This document shows, one piece after another, positions 17,622 through 27,314 of a stretch of 64,000 nucleotides of DNA. A program made the position numbers and the translations under genes. Origin of the DNA: an uncultured Alphaproteobacteria bacterium (lineage in GTDB: Bacteria; Pseudomonadota; Alphaproteobacteria; ATCC43930; CGMCC-115725); NCBI GenBank assembly GCA_963773665.1, contig CAVZBZ010000004.1, forward strand, positions 275,430-339,429, read 5' to 3'. Every line of letters starts with the position of its first letter. The first letter of the stretch is position 1. Below the pieces are notes generated by a model, which ran no database searches, was not told the origin of the DNA, and saw only the letters and a list, made by a program, of their open reading frames with translations.

Positions 17622-18635
17622 ATGAAATGCATCGAGCTGCAGAACGGTTCCGGGTTCGAGGCGCTGAAGCCGGTCGAGCGCGCGACGCCCAAGCCGGGGC
17701 CAGGCCAGGTTCTGGTGCGGGTGCGGGCGGCCTCGTTCAACTACCGCGACGTTATGATCGCCGGCGGCGGCTATGCCGGCCGCGCCAAGTATCCGCTGAT
17801 CCCGCTGTCGGACGGCGCCGGCGAGGTGGTCGAGGCGGGGAGCGGCGTCAGCCGCGTGAAGCCCGGCGACCGGGTCTGCGGCACCTTCTTCCAGCGCTGG
17901 ATCGCGGGGCCGGTGCGGCCCGACATTCAGGACGCGGCCCTGGGCGGCACGGCCGACGGGATGCTGACCGACCACGCGCTCCTCGAGGGCGAGGGCGTCG
18001 TGCCGATCCCTGAGAATTTCTCGTACGAGGAGGCGGCGACGCTGCCGTGCGCCGCGCTCACGGCGTGGCATGGCCTGGTCGAGGCGGGCGGGGTCAGGCC
18101 GGGCGATGCCGTGCTGCTGCTCGGCACCGGCGGCGTGTCCATCTTCGGCCTGCAATTCGCCAAGGCGGCGGGCGCGCGCGCCATCGTGGTCTCGAGCAAC
18201 GAGAAGAAGCTCGGGCACGCGCGCGAGCTGGGCGCGAGCGAGGCGATCAACTCCAAGACCGAGCCCGAATGGCAGGACCGCGTGCGCGCCGCGACCGGCG
18301 GCCGCGGCGTCGATCACGTGCTCGACGTGACCGGCGGCGAGACCACGGCAAAATCCTTGGCCTCGATGCGGCCCGGCGGCCACATCGCCATCATCGGCGC
18401 GCGCAGCGGCCCGGGCGGCGAGCTCGACCGCCGCCAGATCCTGCAGCGCGGCCTCAAGGTGAGCGGCATCAATGTCGGCAGCCGCGCCATGTTCGAGGCG
18501 ATGAACCGCGCGATTGCGGCAAATCGCATCAAACCCGTCATCGACCGCGTCTTCCCGTTCCGCGACGCAGTCGCGGCTTATCGCGAGTTCGCCACCGGCC
18601 GCCATTTCGGCAAGGTGGTGATCGCAATCGAGTGA
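17622..18635 (+). CDS. zinc-binding dehydrogenase / NADPH:quinone oxidoreductase family protein
   Basis: MKCIELQNG...VLVRVRAASFNYRD...LLLGTGGVSIFGLQFAK (MDR superfamily nucleotide fold). Confidence 0.85.
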   Translation: MKCIELQNGSGFEALKPVERATPKPGPGQVLVRVRAASFNYRDVMIAGGGYAGRAKYPLIPLSDGAGEVVEAGSGVSRVKPGDRVCGTFFQRWIAGPVRPDIQDAALGGTADGMLTDHALLEGEGVVPIPENFSYEEAATLPCAALTAWHGLVEAGGVRPGDAVLLLGTGGVSIFGLQFAKAAGARAIVVSSNEKKLGHARELGASEAINSKTEPEWQDRVRAATGGRGVDHVLDVTGGETTAKSLASMRPGGHIAIIGARSGPGGELDRRQILQRGLKVSGINVGSRAMFEAMNRAIAANRIKPVIDRVFPFRDAVAAYREFATGRHFGKVVIAIE

Positions 18636-18637
18636 CC

Positions 18638-19928
18638 ATGGTCAAGACCGCGACGCGCGTGGTGCGCCGCGCCGCGGCGGCGCCCGCGGCAACGATCGAG
18701 GCCGAGATCTGCGTCGTGGGCGCCGGCATCGCCGGCGTCTCGGCGGCGCTCGAAGCGGCGCGGCTCGGGCGCAAGGTGGTGCTGGTTGACGGCTTGCCGG
18801 CGCTCGGCGGGCAGGCGGTCAATTCGGTGATCGGCACGTTCTGCGGCCTCTATTCGAACGGCACGCACGGCTATCAGCTCACGCACGGCATCGCCGACGA
18901 CATCCTGCGCGAGCTGGGCGCGCGAGGGCGCGCTGCATTACCGCCACGGCCCCACCACCACGGTCGTGATGTATGACGAGGTGGCGCTTGCGCGCTGGAT
19001 CAACGAGGCGGTGCGCCAATCCTCGATCGTGCCGGTGCTGGGCGCGATCCTGCGCGAGGCGGAGTGGCAGGGGCGGCGCATCGCCAAGCTCCATTGCGCC
19101 ACGCGCTTCGGCGACCTCACCATCGTGGCAAAGGGCTTCGTCGATGCGAGCGGCGACGCGGCGCTTGCCTGGCTTGCCGGATTGCCGTGCCGCGAGGCGG
19201 CGGACGGGCCGATCTACGGCACGCAGATGATCGTGCTCGAAGACATCGACGAAGCGGCGCAGCCGTCGCGCGAGGAACTTTCCGCCCGCGTCCGCGAGCG
19301 CGCAGCGGCGGCGGGCCTCGTGCGCCACGACGGCTTCGCCTTCGTCTTTCCCGGCCGCGGCACGGCGCTCGTGAACCTGACGCATGTCGAGACGCCGCTC
19401 GAGCCGGTGGCGGCGTCGCAGAACGCGCTCGAAGGCCGCGCCCAGGCCGACAAGGTGGTCGAGTTCCTGAAGCGCGAATATCCGGCCGCTTTCGGCAAGG
19501 CGCGGGTCAGGACCTATGGTTTCCCGGGCATCCGCCAGACGCGCTGGATCGTAGGATCCCGCCAGCTCACGGCCGCGGACGTGCGCGCCGGCACGCGCTT
19601 TGCCGATGCGGTGGCGCGCACCGGCTGGCCCATCGAGCTGCACGACCGGCCAGAAGGCTATGTCTGGGAGCCGTTCGGCGAGGACCATTTGCATTACGTG
19701 CCGTTCGCGAGCCTGACGCCGCCCGACGCGGACAATCTCGTGGCGGCGGGGCGCTGCATCGACGGCGACGTGGCAGCGCTGTCGAGCGTGCGGGTGATGG
19801 GCCCGTGCATCGCCATGGGCGCCGCCGCCGCCCACGCGCTCGACCTCGCAGGCTCCGGCAGCGTCCACCAGCTCGACCCCGCCGCGCTCGCCGCGCGCGT
19901 GCGCGCGAACGTCGAGGGCGGAGGCTGA
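18638..19928 (+). pseudogene. FAD-dependent oxidoreductase, interrupted by a +1 frameshift near 18920-18933
   Basis: N-terminal part (frame of ORF 18047..18976) has ICVVGAGIAGVSAALEAARLGRKVVLVDG. It continues in ORF 18966..19928 as ALHYRHGPTTTVVMYDE.... One extra nucleotide in gcgcgcgagggcgcg separates the two parts. Confidence 0.7.
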
Positions 19929-19940
19929 ACTCGCTCGCCG

Positions 19941-20291
19941 TCAGATCGCGATCTTGGTCTCGATCGCGTCGTAGTCGGCGCGCACACCGCCATCGGTGGC
20001 GTCGAGAAGCCCCGCGGCCGTCAAGGCTTGGACATCCGCGTGAACGTTGCTGTAGTCGCGCTCGAGCGCCTTCGCCAGGGCGCGGACGCTCGTGACTTTG
20101 TGTCGGCGGACATAGCGTAGCAACTCCATCCGTTTGCCGGTCAGGACACGGGCGAGGGCGTCCCAGCTCTCGAACGCCAGATGTCGCTCGTGGAAAGTCT
20201 CGCCGCGGTCGGCGCGGTGCCAGGCATCAACGAACCGGCGCGACGCCTCGTCTTCCATCGCGCCGCCGACCGTGATCTTCACTTTGCTCAT
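19941..20291 (-). CDS. HTH DNA-binding protein, putative antitoxin (TumA / HVO_A0114-like)
   Basis: MSKVKITVGG...ESWDALARVLTGKRMELLRYVRRHKVTSVRALAKALERDYSNVHADVQALTAAGLL. The ATG overlaps the upstream gene stop (ATGA). Paralog of 58207..58548. Confidence 0.6.
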   Translation of the reverse strand: MSKVKITVGGAMEDEASRRFVDAWHRADRGETFHERHLAFESWDALARVLTGKRMELLRYVRRHKVTSVRALAKALERDYSNVHADVQALTAAGLLDATDGGVRADYDAIETKIAI

Positions 20292-20577
20292 TTGTTACCC
20301 CGCAAGGCCCGCACATCGGACCAGAAATCGGTCAACAGCTGTTCGACAGTGCTGAACGCATAGGCCGAAACGGCGCCCTGAAAATGGCGATGATCGCCTT
20401 TGCCGCGCTCATTGTCGTACCCGACCTCCCGGACGCCGGGCGACCGTAGAACAGCGAATATTTCAGGCCGTGGGTTGCTGGCGGAACCGGCGACGGGACG
20501 CGCCAAAGCACCATTTCCACGATCGCGCCGTCGTCATAATCGATGCGCTGGTGGAAGAGCAGTTCGGCCTTCGTCAC
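20288..20577 (-). pseudogene. TumE / DUF6516-like putative toxin, frameshifted
   Basis: ORF 20332..20577 (...VEMVLWRVPSPVPPATHGLKYSLFYGRP) continues in ORF 20288..20506 (VREVGYDNERGKGDHRHF...YAFSTVEQLLTDFW). One G is missing from a G-run near 20436-20440. It is colinear with the intact paralog at 58545..58829. Confidence 0.6.
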
Positions 20578-20586
20578 GCGCCCATA

Positions 20587-20603
20587 ATGGTCTTATAGAC
20601 CAT
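20587..20603. promoter_or_regulatory. perfect 7-3-7 palindrome ATGGTCT-TAT-AGACCAT, candidate operator/promoter of the TumE-like module
   Basis: Lies 10 nt upstream of the GTG at 20577. On the coding strand the centre reads TATAAG, a -10-like hexamer. Confidence 0.4.
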
Positions 20604-20642
20604 ATGGTGTCAATAGCCATCGCCGGAAGAGTGTGCTTGGGG

Positions 20643-21437
20643 CTATCCCGCGCTGGCGCCGCCGTCGATCGGGATCACCGTGCCGGTGATGAAGCTCGAG
20701 GCGGGGGACGCGAGGAGGAGGGCGAGGCCCTGCAGCTCCTTGGGGTCGGCGATCCGGCCCAAAGGCACCATCTGCTCGAACTGCCGCACCACATCGCGGT
20801 CGCGATGGAGGCGGCCGCCGGCGATGTTGGTGAGGAAGGGGCCGGGCGCGATCGCGTTCACCATGACGTTGTAGGGCGCCAACTCGAGCGCCGCCTGGCG
20901 CACGATGTTGATGATCGCCGCCTTGGTCGCGGCATAGGCATAGCCCACCATGCGCTCGGCCTTGAGGCCGGCGATCGACGCGGTCACGACGATGCGCCCG
21001 CTGTTCTGGCGCTTCATCGGCACGGACGCCGCCCGCATCGTCTCGAACACGCTCGTCAGGTTCACCTGCAGCACCTCGTTCCACTTGGCGAGCGAGACTT
21101 CGTTCATGGCGCCTTCCTGCGTCATGAAGCCGGGGCCGGCGCTGATCCCGGCATTGGCGAAGGCTGCGTCGAGCCGCCCGTGACGCTGCGCCACCGCCTC
21201 GACCGTGGCGCGCAGCGCGGCGAGATCGGCGACATCGACGACCGCCGCCTCGACCGCGTACCCGGCAGCCGAGAGCCGCGCGACCTCGCGCTCGAGGGCG
21301 GGAGAATCCTTGTCGGCGAGCGTGACGCGGGCGCCGTTCTCGGCCATGACCTCGGCCATCGCGAGGCCGAGGCCGCTCGCGGCACCCGTGACCAGAGCGA
21401 CGCGATCCCGCACGTCGAAGAGCGATTCGGCTTTCAT
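20643..21437 (-). CDS. SDR-family oxidoreductase
   Basis: TGAASGLG cofactor motif and YAYAATK catalytic motif. The ATG overlaps the upstream stop (ATGA). Confidence 0.9.
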   Translation of the reverse strand: MKAESLFDVRDRVALVTGAASGLGLAMAEVMAENGARVTLADKDSPALEREVARLSAAGYAVEAAVVDVADLAALRATVEAVAQRHGRLDAAFANAGISAGPGFMTQEGAMNEVSLAKWNEVLQVNLTSVFETMRAASVPMKRQNSGRIVVTASIAGLKAERMVGYAYAATKAAIINIVRQAALELAPYNVMVNAIAPGPFLTNIAGGRLHRDRDVVRQFEQMVPLGRIADPKELQGLALLLASPASSFITGTVIPIDGGASAG

Positions 21438-24025
21438 GTCTTCCTCCCTTCCAGTTCGAGCTTCAGCGTGGCGATGCGGTCGTGCAGCGCGTCGGCGATC
21501 CCTTGCGCCGCGCCGCCGCCGGCCGCGACGAGCGCCGCCGCGTCGATCGGCGTGCCGAAGCGCAGGCGGATCGGGTGAAAGCTCTTGAAGCCCCCGGGGA
21601 AACCGCCGCTATAGGGCCACGCCTCGAACGTGCCGTCGATCGCCACGGGCACGATCGGCACGCGATGGCGCTCGACGAGCACGCCGATGCCGGCCTGAAA
21701 GCGCTGCAGCTCGCCGTCGCGCGAGAGGCCGCCTTCGGCAAACCAGACGAGTGCCGCATCGCGCGCGAAAACCTCGGCCGCGAGGTCGAGGCTCGCGCCG
21801 CCGCCGCGATACTGGTCGACCGGCAGGATCTGCGCGATCCGGCTGAAGAAGCGGCGCGCCGCCGAGGTGAACAGGATGCCGGTCCAGCCGGCCCACCACG
21901 TGCGCGCGAGGCGGCCCCTCGGCAGCGAGGCCGCCACCGCGAACGGATCGAGATAGCTTTCGTGATTGGGGCAGATGAGAAACGGGCCATTCGCCGGCAG
22001 GTTCTCCTGTCCCTCGGCGGCGAGCTTGAAGAGCCGGCGCAGCAAAAGCCGAAGCAGCGCCGCCAACATGCCCTGCAGCACGTACGACGCTGCACCGAGC
22101 CGCGGCAAGGCCGCGGCCGGCGTCGCGCGCGCCGGCGCCGGCCGGCCGCGCGCCGCCATAGCCTCGCGCAAGAAATCCCGCAGCGTGACGATGCGGCCGA
22201 TCTCATGCTCGGTCAGGCTTATGCCGAGCTCGCGATCGAGCGCGAGCGTGAGATCGACCCAGGCGAGCGAATCGATGCCGAGATCGATCTCGGGGCTCAT
22301 CTCGAGACCGAGCCCATGCCCGGGAAAACGCGCGCCGAGCCAGGCCCAGACTTTCGCCGCCGTTTCGTCCTCGAGGAGCGTCTTGTCCTCGGGCGAAAGC
22401 TCGGCGGGCTTCAGCGCCGGCGGCGCGGCAAGCGCCTCGTCGTAAAGCGCGGGCACGAGGTGGCGGCGAATTTTCCCGAGCTGCGTGCGCGGCAGCTTGT
22501 CGCGCGCGATGGCAAAGCCGGTGAGGCGCGCATGGCTCGGCAGGAGCCGCGCGCGGTCGGAAAGCGCGTCGCGCATCACGTCCCTGAGCCGCACCGCGCC
22601 TTGCGCGCGGAGCCTGTCGAGGTCGGGCACGACGAGCGCCACGAGCGCGCCCTTGAGCGCAAAGAGCGCGATCTCCTTGATGAGCGGATTGCCGGCATAG
22701 ACCGCTTCGACCGCTTCGGGAAAGAGCTTCTTGCCGTCGGCGAGCACGATGGTCTCGGAGACGCGGGCGACGATGAAGAGAAAGCCGCCGGGATCGAGGC
22801 GGCCGAAATCGCCGGTGCGGAACCAATGGTCTTCGGTAAAGGCGCGCGATGTTGCCGCCTCGTCGCCGCGATAGCCGTGGAACACGCTCGCACCCCGCGC
22901 CTCGATCTCGCCTACGCCCTCGGCGTCGGCATTGGCGATGCGCAGCTCGACGCCGGAGAGCGCACGGCCCGCCGAGCCGGCGCGCGCGGCGCGGAGCGAA
23001 TTGAAGGTCAGGATCGGCGATGTTTCGGTCAGGCCATAGCCGGTCATCACGTCCCAGCCGAGCGCGCCGAGGAACTCCTCGACCTCCTCATCGAGCATCG
23101 CCCCGCCCGAGACCAGGAGCCGCAAGGACGGCGCGAACTGGCGATGGAGCGGCCGGAAGAGGAAGCGCGGGCTCGAGCCGAACGCGCGCCTGAGACGCAA
23201 CGCCAGCGCGAGAAGCAGCACGAAGATGCGCCGCGCGAAGTTGGGCTGCGCCGCGATCCGTTGCCTGATTCCGGCGAGCAGCGCGGAATAAAGCCGCGGC
23301 ACGCCCATGAGAATGGTCGCGCGGCCGCGCTGCAGTGCCGTGATGAGCTCCGGCCCCGAGACGCCCGAAGGCAGAACGAGGGTCGTGCCGCACGCGAGCC
23401 CCGTCATCATGCCGACGGTAAGCGGATAGGCGTGATGAAGCGGCAGCGGCACGAGCGCGCGGTCTTTCGCGCCGGCAAGCCCGGCCGCCAGGATGGCGTT
23501 GACGTTGGAGAGGAGATTGGCGTGGGTGAGCGGCACCGCCTTGGGCGTGCCGGTCGTGCCCGACGTGAACAGCAGCACCGCCACGTCGTCGGGCTTTTGC
23601 CTCGCAAACGGCGCCGAGCCGTTCGCGGCCGACGGCAATTCCCGGTCGAGCGCAATCGCGGCACATTTGATGCGCGCCGCGCGCGCCGCGGTGGTGAAGA
23701 CGAGCCGGCATTTCGTGAATTCGAGGCGGTGATCGAGGTCGTCATCCTCGGTCTGCGCGTCGATCGGGATCGCGGTCGCGCCGGTCGCGACGATCGCCCA
23801 GAACGCCACGATCCACGAGGCACTGTTCGGCGCGACGATCGCGACGCAGCTGCCGGGGCCGATGCCGCGCCGCACGAGATCGCGGCCCAAACCTTGCGCG
23901 CGGGAGGCCAAGGCGGCAAAGCTCGTTTCCTCGGCGCGCTCGCCGGCGAATGCGAGGAGCGCCGGTGCTTCGCCGCGCTCGCCGATCCGGCGCAGCAGCG
24001 TCTGCAACGTGTCGCCTTCGGCCAA
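21434..24025 (-). CDS. tri-domain protein: acyl-adenylate-forming ligase + phosphopantetheine carrier domain + PlsC-type acyltransferase
   Basis: LLFTSGTTGTPKAV (AMP-binding), LGIDSLAWVDL (carrier Ser), CPNHESYLDP (HX4D acyltransferase). 863 aa. Apparent TTG start. Confidence 0.85.
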   Translation of the reverse strand: MAEGDTLQTLLRRIGERGEAPALLAFAGERAEETSFAALASRAQGLGRDLVRRGIGPGSCVAIVAPNSASWIVAFWAIVATGATAIPIDAQTEDDDLDHRLEFTKCRLVFTTAARAARIKCAAIALDRELPSAANGSAPFARQKPDDVAVLLFTSGTTGTPKAVPLTHANLLSNVNAILAAGLAGAKDRALVPLPLHHAYPLTVGMMTGLACGTTLVLPSGVSGPELITALQRGRATILMGVPRLYSALLAGIRQRIAAQPNFARRIFVLLLALALRLRRAFGSSPRFLFRPLHRQFAPSLRLLVSGGAMLDEEVEEFLGALGWDVMTGYGLTETSPILTFNSLRAARAGSAGRALSGVELRIANADAEGVGEIEARGASVFHGYRGDEAATSRAFTEDHWFRTGDFGRLDPGGFLFIVARVSETIVLADGKKLFPEAVEAVYAGNPLIKEIALFALKGALVALVVPDLDRLRAQGAVRLRDVMRDALSDRARLLPSHARLTGFAIARDKLPRTQLGKIRRHLVPALYDEALAAPPALKPAELSPEDKTLLEDETAAKVWAWLGARFPGHGLGLEMSPEIDLGIDSLAWVDLTLALDRELGISLTEHEIGRIVTLRDFLREAMAARGRPAPARATPAAALPRLGAASYVLQGMLAALLRLLLRRLFKLAAEGQENLPANGPFLICPNHESYLDPFAVAASLPRGRLARTWWAGWTGILFTSAARRFFSRIAQILPVDQYRGGGASLDLAAEVFARDAALVWFAEGGLSRDGELQRFQAGIGVLVERHRVPIVPVAIDGTFEAWPYSGGFPGGFKSFHPIRLRFGTPIDAAALVAAGGGAAQGIADALHDRIATLKLELEGRKT

Positions 24026-24093
24026 GCTTCCCTGCCTTCCGATCCAAGGGTAGGGTGATAGACGGCCCGTCGCGGCCGGAAAAGGGGGACGCC

Positions 24094-25278
24094 ATGAAGA
24101 AGATCGGGATCGGAGTTGCCGCCATCGCGCTCGCCGGCACGCTGGCCGCGCCGGCCGGAGCGCAGACCGTGAAGATCGGGGTCATGAACAGTCTCTCCGG
24201 CTTTCTCGCGCCCGGCGGCGACGAGATGGAGAAGGGCATCGACCTATATCTGAAGGTGCACGAGAAAGACCTGCCGCCCGGCGTCAAGATCGAGCTCATA
24301 AAGCGCGACGATACGTCGTCAGCCGACGTGGCGAAGCGACTCGCGCAGGAGCTCATCACGCGCGACCATGTCCAGCTTCTCCTGGGCGATGTCGGCTCGC
24401 CGCAGGCTGCGGCGATCGCGCCGATGACGGCCGAGGCGAAAATCCCGTTCATCATCACGAATGCGGCAGGGGTCGCCATTCCGCGCATGTCGCCCTACGT
24501 CGTGCGCGATAGCTTCACCATCTGGCAGCAAGCCTATCCGCTCGCGAAATGGGCGGCCGACCAGGGCTGGAAGAAGGCCTATACGGCGGTGAGCGATTTC
24601 ATCCCCGGACACGACGCCGAGGACGCCTTCACCAAGGGCTTCAAGGACGCGGGCGGCACGATCTTGGGAGCGGTGCGGTTCTCGCCCTCGAGCCCCGATT
24701 TCCCGCCGGTCGTACAGCGCATCAAGGACGTGAAGCCCGACGTCGCCTTCCTCTGGGTTCCGGCCGGCACGCAGGCGACGGCGATGATGAAGGCGGTGCA
24801 GGACCTGCAATTGCGGCAGATCGGCATCAACATCATCTCGACCCAGGACCTCGTGCCCGACGAGGAGCTGCCGAACATGGGCGACGCGGCCCTGGGCCTC
24901 GTCACGTCGGGGATCTATTCGGCCGCCGCCGACCGGCCGGCGAACAAGGCGTTCCTCGCCGCCTGGAACAAGGAATATCCCAACGCCACGCCCGATTTCC
25001 TCTCGGCCGACGGCTGGGACGGGATGGCGATGGCGGTGGCGCTCATCAAGGAGACGAAGGGCAAATTCACCGCCGACGAGGCGATGAAGTTCCTCAGCAA
25101 CTGGAAGGACCCGAACAGCCACAAAGGCCCGGTGTCGATCGATCCGGCGACGCGCGACGTCATCCAGAACGTCTATATCCGCAAGATCGAGAAGCAGGGC
25201 GGCAAGCTCGCCAATGTCGAGTTCGTCACCATCCCCAACGTCAAGGACCCGTGGAAGGAGCTCAATCCGCCGAAATAG
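24094..25278 (+). CDS. ABC transporter substrate-binding protein (Leu/Ile/Val-binding family)
   Basis: Signal peptide MKKIGIGVAAIALAGTLAAPAGA followed by VKIGVMNSLSGFLA.... Confidence 0.9.
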   Translation: MKKIGIGVAAIALAGTLAAPAGAQTVKIGVMNSLSGFLAPGGDEMEKGIDLYLKVHEKDLPPGVKIELIKRDDTSSADVAKRLAQELITRDHVQLLLGDVGSPQAAAIAPMTAEAKIPFIITNAAGVAIPRMSPYVVRDSFTIWQQAYPLAKWAADQGWKKAYTAVSDFIPGHDAEDAFTKGFKDAGGTILGAVRFSPSSPDFPPVVQRIKDVKPDVAFLWVPAGTQATAMMKAVQDLQLRQIGINIISTQDLVPDEELPNMGDAALGLVTSGIYSAAADRPANKAFLAAWNKEYPNATPDFLSADGWDGMAMAVALIKETKGKFTADEAMKFLSNWKDPNSHKGPVSIDPATRDVIQNVYIRKIEKQGGKLANVEFVTIPNVKDPWKELNPPK

Positions 25279-25279
25279 A

Positions 25280-26123
25280 CTATTTGGCCTTCCCCGCGCC
25301 CTTGAGCTTGAACGGCTCGTAGGTCGGCTTGTAGCTCTTGTCGTCGAGGAACTGGCTCATGCCGGTGCGGTAGGAATCCTCCTGGTCGCCGACGCGGATC
25401 GCCTTGCCCTTCTCGGCGAGATAGTCGTACGCCTGATCGACATCCATCCGGCGCACGTGCTTGATCGCCTGCTTGGTCGCGCGCAGCACGTTCGGGCTTT
25501 TCTTCATCAGCTCGTCCGCGAGCTCGACGGTGGTTGCCTCGAGCTTTTCCTTCGGCACGGCGAAATTCACCATGCCGATGCGCGCCGCCTCGGTGCCGTC
25601 GAACGGCTTGCCGAGGCAGGCGTAGTAGAGCGCGTGGCGCGGCAGCACCATGTCCGCCACCGCCTTGGAGACGAGCGCGCCGGGCAGGATGCCCCAATTG
25701 ACCTCGGAGAGCGAAAACGTGGCGTCCTCGGCCGCGACGGCGAAATCGCAGGCAAGGAGCTGCATGAAGGCGCCGCCGACGCAGTAGCCGTGCACCATGG
25801 CGATGGTCGGCTTGTCGTATTGATAGAGCCTGGCCCAGCGCCAGCGGTTGGCGGCCTCGGCGGCCTTCTTGCGCTCGCGCGGATTGCCCTCGAGCGCGCG
25901 GAAGAACAGCTTCAAATCCTGGCCCGCGCTGAAATTGCCGCCGGCGCCGGTCACCACGACGACCTTCACGTTCGGATCGACCTCCATCTCGGCCAGCGCG
26001 TTATCCATGTCGTAGTGCGAGCTGCGGGCTCATCGCGTTGCGCTTTTCGGGGCGGTTCAGGATCGCCCAGCCGATGCCGTCCTTGATCTCGATCTTGACG
26101 CATTCGTACTTGTAATCGGCCAT
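25280..26123 (-). pseudogene. crotonase-fold enzyme resembling hydroxycinnamoyl-CoA hydratase-lyase, frameshifted near 26018
   Basis: N-terminal part MADYKYECVKIEIKDGIGWAILNRPEKRNAMSPQL (tail of ORF 26001..26921) continues as HYDMDNALAEMEVDPNVKVVVVTGAG... (ORF 25280..26008) if one nucleotide in cagctcGcactac is removed. Confidence 0.7.
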
Positions 26124-26134
26124 GCTCTCCTCCG

Positions 26135-27307
26135 TCATCCGAAGCTGCGCAGCACATGCCGCGCCAGCGTCATCTTGAGAATCTCGATGGGGCCCTCGGT
26201 GATCATGAAGCTGCGCTGGTTGCGCCAGAATTTCTCGATCGGCAGATCGGTGGTGAGGCCGATGCCGCCGTGGATCTCCATGCAGCGGTCGGCCGCCTCG
26301 AACGATTTCGTGTCGCCGAAAATCTTGGCCATGTAGGCCTCGACGCGGATGTCCTCGCCGCGGTCGTGCTTCCACGCCGCGTGATAGACCATGAGGCGCA
26401 GCATGTGCAGGTCCATGAAGCCGTCGACCAGCATCCACTGCACCGCCTGGCGGTCGGCCAAGGGCCGTCCGAACGTGACGCGCTGCTTCGCATAGCTCGT
26501 GCCGAGCTCGAGGCAGCGCTCGATCACGCCGGCGCCGCGGGCGCCGTGCCGGACGCGGCCGGTGCTGATCCAGTTCTGCGCGTGCTTGAACCCGTCGCCT
26601 TCTTCGCCGATGCGGTTCTCGACCGGCACGCGCACATTGTCGAAGGCGATCTCCCACGGCCGGTCGTCCATCATCGTCTGCTGCGCGCGCAAAAGCTTCA
26701 CGCCGTTCGATTTCATATCGACGAGAAACGCCGAGATGCCGCCATGCGAGCCCTTGGCGCGGTCGGTCGCGGCGAACACCTGGCCCCAGTCGGCCTCGTC
26801 GGCGCCGGTGATGAAGCGCTTCATGCCGTTCAGGACATAGTGGTCGCCGTCGCGGACTGCGGTCGAGCGCATGGAGCCGGGATCGCCGCCGGCATCGGGC
26901 TCGGTCTGGGCGAAGCACCATTTGATCTCGCCGCGAATGGTGGGAACGAGGAAGCGCCGCTTCTGCTCGTCATTGAGGTGGTAGAGGATCGGGCTGACGT
27001 TGGGCCCGAAAATCTCCGAGGCGCGCGAAGGGAGCGCGATGCTGCGCGCCATCTCGGACCACACCACGACCTTGGCGAGAAGCCCCAGTCCGAGCCCGCC
27101 ATATTCCTTCGGCACGTCGTAATTGCCGAGCCCAAGCTCCTTCGCCTTCGCCTCGAGATGGCGGCGCATGTCGGGCTTGAGCTTCGGCCCGTCGCACGCC
27201 TCGCGCTCGATCGAGATGAGCTCACGATCGACGAATTTGCGCACCGTCTCCTTCAGCATCCGGAGTTCTTCCGGCAGCTCGAAATTCATGCCATCTGTCG
27301 CGTCCAT
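26135..27307 (-). CDS. acyl-CoA dehydrogenase
   Basis: MDATDGMNFELPEELRMLKETVRKFV...CFAQTEPDAGGD...ITEGPIEILK. Confidence 0.9.
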   Translation of the reverse strand: MDATDGMNFELPEELRMLKETVRKFVDRELISIEREACDGPKLKPDMRRHLEAKAKELGLGNYDVPKEYGGLGLGLLAKVVVWSEMARSIALPSRASEIFGPNVSPILYHLNDEQKRRFLVPTIRGEIKWCFAQTEPDAGGDPGSMRSTAVRDGDHYVLNGMKRFITGADEADWGQVFAATDRAKGSHGGISAFLVDMKSNGVKLLRAQQTMMDDRPWEIAFDNVRVPVENRIGEEGDGFKHAQNWISTGRVRHGARGAGVIERCLELGTSYAKQRVTFGRPLADRQAVQWMLVDGFMDLHMLRLMVYHAAWKHDRGEDIRVEAYMAKIFGDTKSFEAADRCMEIHGGIGLTTDLPIEKFWRNQRSFMITEGPIEILKMTLARHVLRSFG

Positions 27308-27314
27308 CGCATCC

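Noticed and set aside
21482-24058. 858-aa plus-strand ORF
   Set aside because: It is antisense to the tri-domain ligase/carrier/acyltransferase gene, which has three unambiguous catalytic motifs.
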